This document shows, one piece after another, positions 9,051 to 18,074 of a stretch of 64,000 bases of DNA (positions within the stretch are counted from its first letter, which is position 1; each line of letters begins with the position of its first letter). Under the pieces are notes generated by a model. The model was not told the DNA's origin. It saw only the letters and a program-made list of their open reading frames with translations, and did no database searches. Origin of the DNA: Alphaproteobacteria bacterium. GTDB lineage: Bacteria; Pseudomonadota; Alphaproteobacteria; CALKHQ01. Where the stretch lies: assembly GCA_965227515.1 (NCBI GenBank), contig CBDDFZ010000001.1, forward strand, positions 320,001-384,000, in the 5' to 3' direction. The position numbers were made by a program, and so were the translations under genes.

Positions 9051-10733
9051 ATGCCGAACCCCGCCACCCCCGCCGCCGACAGCGGCTATCGCCTGCGCAA
9101 CGAGCGCCAGTTCATCGACGATGAGGGCCTGCGCTCGCCCCTGGCGCGCACGGTTGCGGGCAACAGGTCGGGCGAAGACGCATCGGTGCTGCTGGACGAC
9201 GCGCAGATCGCGCATCTCCTGGCCAATGGCTACCTGACCCTGACGCCCCGCCTGCCGGCCGCGTTCCACGCCAACGTATTCGCGCGCTTCCTGGAGATCG
9301 CCGGGCGCGACAGCGACAGCGACACCGGCAACAACATCCTGCCGCTGGTGCCGGAGGTGCATTGTCTGTGGGAGGACCCGGTGGTGCGCGGCGCGCTCGA
9401 CAGCGTGCTCGGCCCCGACAATTGGTTCCTACACCCGCACCGCGCCTTGCACTCCAACCCGCCCGGCACGGCGCCGCAGGTTTTCCACCACGACACCTAC
9501 TGGGGCTATAAGCGCAAGGTGCACAACCACCACCCCTGGTGGGTGATGATCATGTACTACCCGCAGGCGATCTATCCCGAGATCGGGCCAACCGGCGTGG
9601 TGCCAGGCACCCACACCATCGCCCAGCGGCTGGACGACATCGACCAGATCGAGGTGCCCGGCGAAGGCGCCGGCGGCACCTGCATGCTGATCCACTTCGA
9701 CCTGTGGCATCGCAAGATGGAGAACTTCACCGACCTCGACCGCTACATGCTGAAGTGCCAGTTCGTCCGCCTGCGCCCGCCGGAAGCCCCGACCTGGAAC
9801 AACAGCAGCCATGACTGGCAGGCGCCGCGCAGCCAGCCGGCCTATGCGATGGAGCCGGTCTGGCGGGAACACTGGGCATGGCTGAGCGGCCGCGCCGGCA
9901 CCCACGCGCCCTCACCGGAGGCGACCGGCGACCTCGACGTCGGCGAACTGCGCCGGGGGCTGGCCGACACGGACCCGGCGCGGCGGCGCGAAGCCATTGC
10001 CGACATCGCCCGGCAGGGTGCGGCGGGCACGCCACTCATTCCCGATCTGGCCGATTTGCTGAACGATCCGTCGGAGCCGGTCGGCCTGTCGGCGGCCTAT
10101 GCGCTCGGCGCGCTGGGCAAGGCCGCCGTGCCTGCACTCGTCGCAGCCATGCAGGCCAATGACGGCGAGAACGTCGACGATGCCCGCGTCTTCGTCGACG
10201 AGGGGCAGAAGAGCGAACTGGAGATGCAGGCCCGCAATGCGGCCCACGGTCTCGTCGCGGTCGGCAGGGACGCAGCACCCGCGCTGATCGACGCCTACAA
10301 GGGCGCGCGGCCCCGGCTGCGCAAGTACATCGCCTTCGCGCTCGGCGAGATCCGTGACGACAGCGCCGCCGCCCGCAGCGTGCTGATCCGGGCGGCCACG
10401 GACGCCGACGACAATGTGCGCATGAACGCCGTCGAGGCGCTGGGGCTGCAAGACGCCTCGCCCGGGATCATCGCGGCACTGGCAACGTCACTGACGGACG
10501 AGGTCGACGAGGTGCGGTTCAACGCGGCGCTGGCGCTGGCACGTCACGGTCCGGCCGCGGAACCCGCCACCGACGCCCTGCTGGCGGCTCTGGACGACGG
10601 CAACCGCTACGTGCCCGGTTACGCCATCGAGGCGTTGGAGCGGATCGGCACCCCGCGCGCGACCCAGGCGCTGCTAACGCATCTGAAGGGCGCGCGCTGG
10701 TGCCCGCTGACCAGCAACAACAGTTTGTTCTGA
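9051..10733 (+). CDS. PhyH-family Fe(II)/2-oxoglutarate dioxygenase fused to HEAT/PBS-lyase repeats
   Basis: FHHD (HxD), GPTGVVPGTH, distal WHR; C-terminal VRMNAVEALG / VRFNAALALA repeats. Confidence 0.82.
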   Translation: MPNPATPAADSGYRLRNERQFIDDEGLRSPLARTVAGNRSGEDASVLLDDAQIAHLLANGYLTLTPRLPAAFHANVFARFLEIAGRDSDSDTGNNILPLVPEVHCLWEDPVVRGALDSVLGPDNWFLHPHRALHSNPPGTAPQVFHHDTYWGYKRKVHNHHPWWVMIMYYPQAIYPEIGPTGVVPGTHTIAQRLDDIDQIEVPGEGAGGTCMLIHFDLWHRKMENFTDLDRYMLKCQFVRLRPPEAPTWNNSSHDWQAPRSQPAYAMEPVWREHWAWLSGRAGTHAPSPEATGDLDVGELRRGLADTDPARRREAIADIARQGAAGTPLIPDLADLLNDPSEPVGLSAAYALGALGKAAVPALVAAMQANDGENVDDARVFVDEGQKSELEMQARNAAHGLVAVGRDAAPALIDAYKGARPRLRKYIAFALGEIRDDSAAARSVLIRAATDADDNVRMNAVEALGLQDASPGIIAALATSLTDEVDEVRFNAALALARHGPAAEPATDALLAALDDGNRYVPGYAIEALERIGTPRATQALLTHLKGARWCPLTSNNSLF

Positions 10734-10759
10734 GTCGCGCTCCCCGCAACCAAAGATTA

Positions 10760-10935
10760 TGTCGTCCTCGGCCTTGTGCCGAGGACCCATTCATGAGCGA
10801 GACACAAGCCCCCCTCATGTAGTCGGCTCCTGTGGGGCAGCGTCAGCCGGACGACCGCCACAACGACGGAGCACAATCTCAACCTGTTGATTCCTTGGCC
10901 ATAAATGGATCCTCGGGACAAGCCCGAGGATGACA
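10760..10935. repeat. CGTC-type REP pair (long form)
   Basis: TGTCGTCCTCGGCCTTGTGCCGAGGACCCA ... TGGATCCTCGGGACAAGCCCGAGGATGACA, inverted palindromic arms. Confidence 0.9.
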
Positions 10936-10956
10936 ATTTGGGAATATGAGGGGTGT

Positions 10957-11769
10957 TCAACTCCCCAGAACGGTGGCCAGTCCGGTTTCGTCCAGTTCCT
11001 CGGGCGTGAAGAAATACATCTCGTTCCATGGGGTGGCGAGCGCCGGGCGCCACGCATCGGGGTCGACGCCCAGATCCTCCAGGTGCTGCATGCAGGCCGC
11101 GGCGAGCTGCTGGCCACGCCGCAGCCCTTCCACCGTGTCGCCGACGCCCTGCTGGGTGATGTAGACGCGGTGGACGCCGATCCAGCTCGTCGCGTCCGCC
11201 CGCCGCGCGACCCCGCCGGCAAACGCCAGCGGGCAGGCCGAGGCACAGAGCCCGTCCGGCTCGACCAGCGTGTCCAAGCCGCGCTCGCGGATGTAATTGC
11301 CCATCGCCATCGCCTCCACCAGCACACCGCCGGGGCTGTCCAGCAGCACTTGCTCGGCCGTTTCGCCGTGGCGCTCGTCGAAGGCGATCAACAGGTCGAG
11401 CGTCCCTGAGACCATGCGGCCGCGCGCGACGATGGTGGGCCGGCCGCCGACCTCTTCCAGGGCGAAGGTCATCGCAGCACCCTCGATATCGTTCTCGGAT
11501 GGCGCACGCTCCGGCTCGCCCGGGTGCAGTTCCGGCACGTAGCGGCGCACCTGGTCGCCAGGCACCGGTGGCGGCCCGTCGCCGGGATGGGTGTAGCCGG
11601 GCGGGGTGCGGATGGTCGGCGGCAGCGGGTCGTTGCGGTCGGTCAGCTCGCCGGAGCGGCCGACCGCCTGGGCCATGTCGAAGCCGACCAGCCCCAGGCT
11701 GACGGCAACGGTGCCGGCGGCAATCGCGACGATGGGCGTCGTCTGCCGCAAGCGCGCGAACAGTGCCAT
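10957..11769 (-). CDS. Membrane-anchored periplasmic protein with ClpP/crotonase-like domain (COG3904-like)
   Basis: N-terminal TM, Pro-rich linker, LDSPGG, CASAC, IGVH motifs. Confidence 0.7.
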   Translation of the reverse strand: MALFARLRQTTPIVAIAAGTVAVSLGLVGFDMAQAVGRSGELTDRNDPLPPTIRTPPGYTHPGDGPPPVPGDQVRRYVPELHPGEPERAPSENDIEGAAMTFALEEVGGRPTIVARGRMVSGTLDLLIAFDERHGETAEQVLLDSPGGVLVEAMAMGNYIRERGLDTLVEPDGLCASACPLAFAGGVARRADATSWIGVHRVYITQQGVGDTVEGLRRGQQLAAACMQHLEDLGVDPDAWRPALATPWNEMYFFTPEELDETGLATVLGS

Positions 11770-11773
11770 CGGC

Positions 11774-13150
11774 TCAGGCCCGCGACTTCGGGTGCTTGGC
11801 GCCGGTCGGCCCGATGGGCGTGACGGTGGATGTTGACGGGACGGGCGATGTTGACGGGACGGGCGATGACGGCGCGACCGGTGCCGGCGCAACCCCCCGC
11901 TCATGCTCGCCGCTTTCGACTTCGCCGTCGGTATCGTCCTTGTCGGGCGCCTTGCGATGGGCGGCACCTTGCAACGCGTTCAGCCGCTCCAGCGCCACCA
12001 GGGCCCGGTTCAGCTCGGCCACGGTGACGTTCTCGGAGACATCGTGGATGCCTTCCTGAGCGCGGATGACGCCATGGATCACCATCAGTATCAGCACCAG
12101 GACCGCCGGCATCATATCGATGGCGATGGCGCCGGCCCATGACGGCACGAACTCGCCGGCGTACATCAACACCGCCTCGGCGGCGCTGACCGGCTCGAAG
12201 CGAAACGGCGCCACATCGGGCCGGGCCAGCACATCGGCGGCGGCGGCCGACAGCGCGGCACTGGTGGTGCCGATGGCCTCCGCGACCGACTCCACCACCG
12301 CCTCCTGGCGCTGGCCGAGGTCGCTCTGGCCGCCGGAGGGCGCGGGACGCACGAAGGTGGTCGCGAAATCGTCGGCGGCGCGGCGCACGGCGGGCGCGAC
12401 CGAGCTTTGCTCCAGCGCGGTGATCACGCCGGTGAGCGCGATCGCCTCCTCGGCGAAGGCGACCGTGCGCTCGTCGATGGGGGCGCCGCTGATGCCCGTG
12501 GTCAGCCGGCGCATGGAGACCAGGTGCTGGCTGCCGCGCTCGAACAGCGCCGCCACCTCCGGCCGGCTCGCCCGGATCTGCTCGGCGAGGTCGGAGAGCT
12601 GGTCGGCGGTCTGGGTCAGCAGCGCCACCACGGTGCCGTGGCCCGACGTGCCGGTCAGCGCGCCACGGCTTTCCTCGCTGGCGGCCATGTCCTCGAAACG
12701 TGCTGCGGCCAACTCCAGGTCGGGCAGCAGGGTCTCGGCGGCCAGCGCATTCTCGTGTGCCTGCTCCAGCCGTTGCTGGTATTCCTCGGTGGCGGTGGCC
12801 AGGTGCTGCTCGACCGCGGCGGAACCCGCCAGCGCGGCCGCGTTCAGCCAGCTCGACATCGCAACGATGGCGACCGAGCCGGCGATCATGCTGGCGATAA
12901 GCCCGACCCGGCTGCTGGTCGACCGCATCGCGGGCAGGAAGCGGATCAGGTAGGCCCAGAAGGCGAAAATCGCCACCGACACGGCAACCGAATAGATGAA
13001 CGCCCCGCCCACCGACAGCACGCCGGTGTCGTCCAGCAGGCCGCGCACGCCCATGTAGGTCCAGTAGCCGCTGCCGGTGGCCAGAATGGCCAGCGCCGCC
13101 GTCGTGGTGGTGTCCAGCGCCTTCAAATTGCGCCTGAGATCGTGGCTCAT
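11774..13150 (-). CDS. Hypothetical membrane protein: several N-terminal TMs, long helical/coiled-coil region, C-terminal TM
   Basis: 458-aa ORF with genome-like codon usage; 4 bp upstream of the next gene. Confidence 0.8.
   Translation of the reverse strand: MSHDLRRNLKALDTTTTAALAILATGSGYWTYMGVRGLLDDTGVLSVGGAFIYSVAVSVAIFAFWAYLIRFLPAMRSTSSRVGLIASMIAGSVAIVAMSSWLNAAALAGSAAVEQHLATATEEYQQRLEQAHENALAAETLLPDLELAAARFEDMAASEESRGALTGTSGHGTVVALLTQTADQLSDLAEQIRASRPEVAALFERGSQHLVSMRRLTTGISGAPIDERTVAFAEEAIALTGVITALEQSSVAPAVRRAADDFATTFVRPAPSGGQSDLGQRQEAVVESVAEAIGTTSAALSAAAADVLARPDVAPFRFEPVSAAEAVLMYAGEFVPSWAGAIAIDMMPAVLVLILMVIHGVIRAQEGIHDVSENVTVAELNRALVALERLNALQGAAHRKAPDKDDTDGEVESGEHERGVAPAPVAPSSPVPSTSPVPSTSTVTPIGPTGAKHPKSRA
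11829..11868. repeat. 18-bp in-frame tandem repeat encoding SPVPST x2
   Basis: GATGTTGACGGGACGGGC x2 + GATG. Confidence 0.85.
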
Positions 13151-13227
13151 GATCGAATGGTCCCCGTCGCCGCGCCGGTCGCCGATGATGCGTGGCAGAA
13201 TGGTGCATCTAGAGCGTGATCGCTCAA

Positions 13228-13325
13228 GTCGGCACCGGCCCGTTCCCCCACCCGGCCACCCACGGCAGCATCCTGATTGGGCGGCCGGGTAGGGGAGTGG
13301 GCAGGCGCCGCTTCAGCGTAAGCTG
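13228..13325 (-). repeat. Hairpin element family C, copy 1 (short form)
   Basis: Reverse complement closely matches copy at 31523-31622; loop CAGGATGCTGCCGT. Confidence 0.9.
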
Positions 13326-13392
13326 GTCCGAATCTATGGTGGCGTTTGTGGCGGCAAGGTGGCGCGCCGGCCCGGCTGGCCACGCCGGAGCT

Positions 13393-13986
13393 TCACACGA
13401 GGATGTAGTTCACGATCAGGAATATGCTGGCGCCGGTGGCCATGTAGCCGAGCAACGCCAGCAACCCGTCCTCCGCCACCAGCGCAAGCGCGAAAGCCGT
13501 GATCGCGGCCGCCGGCGCCGCCGCGCCGAAAGGCACGATCTCCAGCGCCGGCAGCATGACCGCCAGCATCACGCAGGCCACCGCCACGCAATAGACGGCC
13601 GGTCCCTTGACGAAGTAGTGCATGCGCGGGCGCAAGAACCTGTCGATCCACTTGGCGGCCGGCTGGACCTTCTTCGCCGCCTTGGCCAGCTTTTTGGCAT
13701 CGACCGAGCGGTTGGAGATGAACCCGGGCAACCAGAAATGGTCCTTGCCGATCAGCAACTGAACCGCGAACAGCAGCACGATGACGCCGAACGCCGTGGG
13801 CACGCCTGGGATACCGCCCACCGGGGTCAGCACGATGACGCCGAAGACCAGCAGAAAAGGGCCGAACGAGCGTCGGCCTATCTCGTCCTGGATGTCGCCG
13901 ATGGAGACCTTGTCGTTGCGGTCGCTGACCGTCTGCAGGCTCTCCAGCACGTCCTCCAGGTCATGCAATCCCTCTCTGTCGGACAT
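13393..13986 (-). CDS. exoD: ExoD-family exopolysaccharide synthesis protein
   Basis: GRRSFGPFLL, IPGVP, QLLIG..HFWLP, EDG motifs. Confidence 0.85.
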   Translation of the reverse strand: MSDREGLHDLEDVLESLQTVSDRNDKVSIGDIQDEIGRRSFGPFLLVFGVIVLTPVGGIPGVPTAFGVIVLLFAVQLLIGKDHFWLPGFISNRSVDAKKLAKAAKKVQPAAKWIDRFLRPRMHYFVKGPAVYCVAVACVMLAVMLPALEIVPFGAAAPAAAITAFALALVAEDGLLALLGYMATGASIFLIVNYILV

Positions 13987-14033
13987 CGTCAGTCGCTCAT
14001 GGCAAAACGGGTCACGGACCTAACAGGCTGCTA

Positions 14034-14058
14034 AACCGTTTCCGATTGCATTCGTTCC
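14034..14058 (-). promoter_or_regulatory. EcfG/SigT-type general-stress promoter
   Basis: Minus strand GGAAC-N16-GGTT, ~48 bp upstream of exoD ATG. Confidence 0.55.
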
Positions 14059-14088
14059 CAGCGCGCAGGCCGCCGATACAACACGGGC

Positions 14089-14472
14089 TCAGGACGCCTC
14101 GACATACGCCTCGCACTCGATCTCGACGGTCAGGCGCGGATCGACCAGTGCCGACACCTCGACCAGCGTGGATGCCGGCCGGTGCTCGCCGAAGAAGCTG
14201 ATGCGCCGCGGGTTGATCGCCGCGCGGTCGCCGATATCGGTCAGGAACACCCGCACCTTGGTCACATGCTCAGGCCCGGCGCCGACGGCGGCCAGGCACT
14301 TCGCCATATCGTCCATCGCCAGGTCGAACTGGGCCACCGTACCGCCCGGCACGTTGCCGTCCGCATCCATGCCGACCAGGCCGGAGACCCACACCACGGG
14401 CCCGGCCCGGGTGACGTGGCAATAGTGGCTGACCGGGGCCATCACCCCCGGCACCATGACGCGCTCGATCAT
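14089..14472 (-). CDS. RidA/YjgF family protein
   Basis: VWVSG, RPASTLVEVSALV, VEIECEA. Confidence 0.88.
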   Translation of the reverse strand: MIERVMVPGVMAPVSHYCHVTRAGPVVWVSGLVGMDADGNVPGGTVAQFDLAMDDMAKCLAAVGAGPEHVTKVRVFLTDIGDRAAINPRRISFFGEHRPASTLVEVSALVDPRLTVEIECEAYVEAS

Positions 14473-14530
14473 CGGCTTTGCCTCCCCTTTACATATGGGC
14501 ACGTTTATCCGGCTCGCCGGCAGCGCGGAC

Positions 14531-14563
14531 AAGAAAAAGCCGCCGGGCGGGTGCTCGGCGGCT
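14531..14563 (-). terminator. Intrinsic terminator of the candidate sRNA
   Basis: AGCCGCCGAGC-ACCC-GCCCGGCGGCT followed by TTTTCTT on minus strand. Confidence 0.8.
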
Positions 14564-14670
14564 AAAGTCACAGGGAGAATTCACGTCTTGGGAGACATGG
14601 AGGATCTGACGATCCCGCGCGCCCCGGCACTCCAAGTGTGGGACTCGGCCCACCGGGACGTAACGAAATG
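14531..14670 (-). ncRNA. Candidate alpha-r8 (MmgR/GsrN/suhB-like) small RNA; 5' end uncertain
   Basis: Hairpin CATGTC-TCCCAA-GACGTG, then AATTCTCCCTGTGACTTT, then intrinsic terminator. Confidence 0.65.
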
Positions 14671-14813
14671 GATACTCCGTTGGCGGGCGGGGTTGCACCA
14701 GACGCAACATTGCAGGCCGGCCATGCGCTCCACGCATAACTGAAACGCTTAGAATATCCTGGCTGTCAAGTTTTTTGACTGTGTGTCAACGTTTTCATTT
14801 TCGGTGCGGCTGG

Positions 14814-15575
14814 TCAGGTCTTCGAGATCGCATTGCCGCCATCGGCGAACAAGGCCGTGCCGGTAACGAAGCTGGCCTGGTCGGAGGCCAGGAACAGGGC
14901 GGCGCGCGCGATCTCCATCGGGTCGGCGATGCGCTTCAGGGCGTGCAGCGACCTGACGAACGCCATCGTCTCCGGATCGCTGCCGAACTCGCCGGCCATC
15001 GGCGTGTCGGTGCCGCCCGGCAGCAGTGCGTTGACCCGAATGCCCTGGCTGCCGTGCTCAACGGCCAGCGACCGTGCCAGCCCGACGAGCCCGGCCTTGG
15101 CGGCAGCATAGGCCGACATGCCCGGCATGCCCACCGCATGACCGACGAACGACGAGGTGAAGATCAGCGATCCGCCACCGCGCGCCAACATCGCCGGCAC
15201 CTGGTATTTCGCACCCAGAAACGCCGCCGTCAAATTGGTGTCGACCGTGTCGCGCCAATTGGTGAGGTCCATGTCGGCGACGGCGCCCATCCGGCCGAGG
15301 CTGCCGGCATTGTTGAAGGCGACGTCGAGACCGCCGAACCGCGAGGCCGCGAGGTCGACCAGCGCGTTGGCATAGGCTTCGTCGCGCACGTCCCCGGCGA
15401 GTGCGGCCGCCTCGCCACCGGCGTCCGCGATCTCGGCGACCAGCGTGTCAAGCTCGGCCTGCCGCCTGGCGCCGGTCACCACCCGCGCGCCCTCCTGCGC
15501 GAACAGCCGCGCCGCCGCGCGCCCGATACCGCTGCTGGCGCCCGTCACCAGGGCCACCTTGTCCTGAAGTTGCAT
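14814..15575 (-). CDS. SDR family oxidoreductase
   Basis: TGASSGIG, NNAG, YAAAK, GIRVNAL. Confidence 0.92.
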   Translation of the reverse strand: MQLQDKVALVTGASSGIGRAAARLFAQEGARVVTGARRQAELDTLVAEIADAGGEAAALAGDVRDEAYANALVDLAASRFGGLDVAFNNAGSLGRMGAVADMDLTNWRDTVDTNLTAAFLGAKYQVPAMLARGGGSLIFTSSFVGHAVGMPGMSAYAAAKAGLVGLARSLAVEHGSQGIRVNALLPGGTDTPMAGEFGSDPETMAFVRSLHALKRIADPMEIARAALFLASDQASFVTGTALFADGGNAISKT

Positions 15576-15656
15576 GTCCGTCCTCCGCGTTGTCATGCGG
15601 AGGAACGAACCAGTTGGGACCGGCCGCAGCCACCCGGTTCTTGCGTTGTAGGGAGA

Positions 15657-17951
15657 TTACTCCATCCCGCGCGGGCGCTTCTTTTCCGGGTCGTAGAACG
15701 GGAACCGCACCACCGTCGCCGGAATGCGCTTCTGGTGGCCGTCGATCTTGCCGACCTCCACCTCGGTGCCCTCGTCGGCAAACTCCACCGCCATGCGGCA
15801 GAGCGCGACGTTCTTGCCCAGCAATGGCGAGCGGCAGCCGGAGGTGACGACGCCAATCTGGCTGCGCCCGACATGGACGCAGTCGCCATGGCCCGCCGGC
15901 TCGTTGCCGGCCAGTTCCAGCCCGACCAGCTTGCGTTGCGGGCTCGCCTTGCGCTTCTCCAGCGCCGCGCGGCCGATGAAGTCGTCGTCGTTCTTCAGGG
16001 CCACCGTGAAGCCGATGCCGGCTTCGAACGGGTCCACCTGGTCGTCGAACTCATAGCCGTAGAAGATGAGGCCTGATTCGATCCTGAGCACGTCGAGCGC
16101 GCCCAAGCCGAGCGGCGCGATATCGTGGGCCTCTCCAGCGGCGAACACCGCGTCCCACACGGCAGGCGCGTCCTTGGGGTGGCACCACACCTCATAGCCC
16201 AGCTCACCGGTGTAGCCGGTGCGGCTGACCATCACCGGAATGCCGTGGAACCCGCCGATGCGCCCGATGGTGAACTTGAACCAGTCGATCTCGGCCACGG
16301 CGGGCTGCGCCGGCGGCGTCCACACCACCTCGGCCAGCACGTCGCGGCTCTTCGGCCCCTGGACCGCGATGTTGTGGATCTGGTCGCTGGCGCTCTTCAC
16401 CCACACCCGCCAGCCATGCGCCTCGGCCTGTTCGCGCAGCCAGATGCCGCCATAGTGGTCGCCGCCGATCCAGCGGAAGTTGTCCTGGCCCAGCCGGAAC
16501 AGCGTGCCGTCGTCCAGCATGCCGCCGGTCTGGTTGCACATGGCGGTGTAGACGATGCCGCCGGCGGCCAGGCGCTTCACGTTGCGGGTCAGGGTGTACT
16601 GCAGCAGCTCCTCGGCATCTGGTCCGTTCACCTCGAACTTGCGCAACGGCGACAGGTCCATCGCCACCACGCCCTCGCGGCAGGCCCAGTATTCCGCCTC
16701 CAGCCCCTTGTTGTTGAAATGGGTGGGCAGCCAATAGCCGCGATACTCGGTGAAGTTGCGGGTCAGGGCCGAGGTGCGCGGGTGAAACCCGGTTTCCTTG
16801 GTCATCTGCGGTTCGGCGTCTGGTGTCATGCGATAAGCCACGGCGCGTTGGAAAGACTGGTTGGCGGCATAGACCCGGACATGGATGTCGGTGGGCACCC
16901 AGCCATTGGCGGGATCGATGTCGTCGGGACAGGACGAGGAGGCGCAGACCAGGTCGGTGCCGGCGCGGAACAGCACATGGTCGCCGGGGCGCGACCACGG
17001 CTCGTCGACCAGGTACTGGTTGTGCTCGTCGATGGCGGTGTTGAAGAACAGGTTGATCGCGGCCCAGCCCTTGCGCGGCGCCACGCCATAGTCGGCCAGC
17101 GCGGCATTGAAGTTCTCCGAGCAGTTGGCATGGCCGAAATAGCCCATGTCCTCATAGTAGCGCGCCGTGCAGGCGAGCCCGAAGGTGTCGTGCCGGCCGC
17201 AGGTGTCCTGAATCACCTCCAGCGTCGCCTGCATGTCCTGGTCGAAGTATTTGGCGTGCAGGCCCGGCGTCGGGTAGCCGAGCCCGATCAGCGAGCGCGT
17301 GGTGGTGGCGTCCAGCGGCCGCTCGATCCCCTTGTCGAGCAGGCGGGCGTCGAACGCTTGCAGGTCGGAGCATTGCCGGCCCGACACGTCGATGATCTGC
17401 AGGTACTGCCCCGCCTCCACCCGATAGGCGATGGCGGTGGCGGCATCGACCCTGGCCTCGAACACCGGTTCGGCCAGCGGCGGCGGCAGCGGATGCGCCA
17501 CGGTCTCGGTCACCCGGGCGCGGGTGATGGTGACCTTCAGGTCGGTCGGCGGGGCCTGGTCGTGCGGCGACATCGGGCCGCCGGGGGCCGCGACCGCCAG
17601 CGTGCACACACCCTGGGCCGTGAACGCAAGTTCCGCGCCGGGCGGCGAGTCCGCATCGTCGAACGCCCGATGCACCCGCCGGCCCTCGCCATCGCTGGCA
17701 TTGGCGGCGAGCCCCAGCACGCCGGTGTCGCCCGTGCCATCGGGCAGCACGGCGGCCACCAGACACGGCTGGCGGCCCTCCGGGTCGGTCACGCGCACCG
17801 CATCGCCAGCGGCCAGCGCAACGGTCAGCGACCCGCCGCCTTTCACCCGATAGCGCTCCAGCCCGGGCACGAACGGCACCAGTCCGGGCTCGCGCAGGCG
17901 CGGCCGTTCGACTGTCGGTGCAGTGCCTTGCAACTGGGATGCTCCGTTCAT
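15657..17951 (-). CDS. tdm: Trimethylamine N-oxide demethylase (DUF1989 + GcvT aminomethyltransferase)
   Basis: DTCGRHDTFGLAC..GHANC..SSSCPDD with Cys spacing +16/+64 and His at +13, as I recall for characterised Tdm; GcvT motifs DLSPL, RTGYTGELGYE, LRIESG. Confidence 0.82.
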   Translation of the reverse strand: MNGASQLQGTAPTVERPRLREPGLVPFVPGLERYRVKGGGSLTVALAAGDAVRVTDPEGRQPCLVAAVLPDGTGDTGVLGLAANASDGEGRRVHRAFDDADSPPGAELAFTAQGVCTLAVAAPGGPMSPHDQAPPTDLKVTITRARVTETVAHPLPPPLAEPVFEARVDAATAIAYRVEAGQYLQIIDVSGRQCSDLQAFDARLLDKGIERPLDATTTRSLIGLGYPTPGLHAKYFDQDMQATLEVIQDTCGRHDTFGLACTARYYEDMGYFGHANCSENFNAALADYGVAPRKGWAAINLFFNTAIDEHNQYLVDEPWSRPGDHVLFRAGTDLVCASSSCPDDIDPANGWVPTDIHVRVYAANQSFQRAVAYRMTPDAEPQMTKETGFHPRTSALTRNFTEYRGYWLPTHFNNKGLEAEYWACREGVVAMDLSPLRKFEVNGPDAEELLQYTLTRNVKRLAAGGIVYTAMCNQTGGMLDDGTLFRLGQDNFRWIGGDHYGGIWLREQAEAHGWRVWVKSASDQIHNIAVQGPKSRDVLAEVVWTPPAQPAVAEIDWFKFTIGRIGGFHGIPVMVSRTGYTGELGYEVWCHPKDAPAVWDAVFAAGEAHDIAPLGLGALDVLRIESGLIFYGYEFDDQVDPFEAGIGFTVALKNDDDFIGRAALEKRKASPQRKLVGLELAGNEPAGHGDCVHVGRSQIGVVTSGCRSPLLGKNVALCRMAVEFADEGTEVEVGKIDGHQKRIPATVVRFPFYDPEKKRPRGME

Positions 17952-17989
17952 GGCGAAGACTATGGGCCAGGCAAGATTGGAATACAAGC

Positions 17990-18017
17990 GGTCCAAAATT
18001 GGTTTGCAATTGGTCCA
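17990..18017. promoter_or_regulatory. Direct-repeat operator candidate (GntR/MocR-like)
   Basis: AATTGGT x2 11 bp apart and GGTCCA x2 22 bp apart in the AT-rich tdm/flavin reductase divergent region. Confidence 0.45.
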
Positions 18018-18074
18018 TTCTGGATCGGGCGCTTGGGGCTTGAGAAGGGTGCTGCGCCATGGCTATCCTGCCCC

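Noticed and set aside
14681-14697. sigma54-like TGGCGG...TTGCA
   Set aside because: GG-GC spacing is 11 rather than 10, and it points toward no gene start
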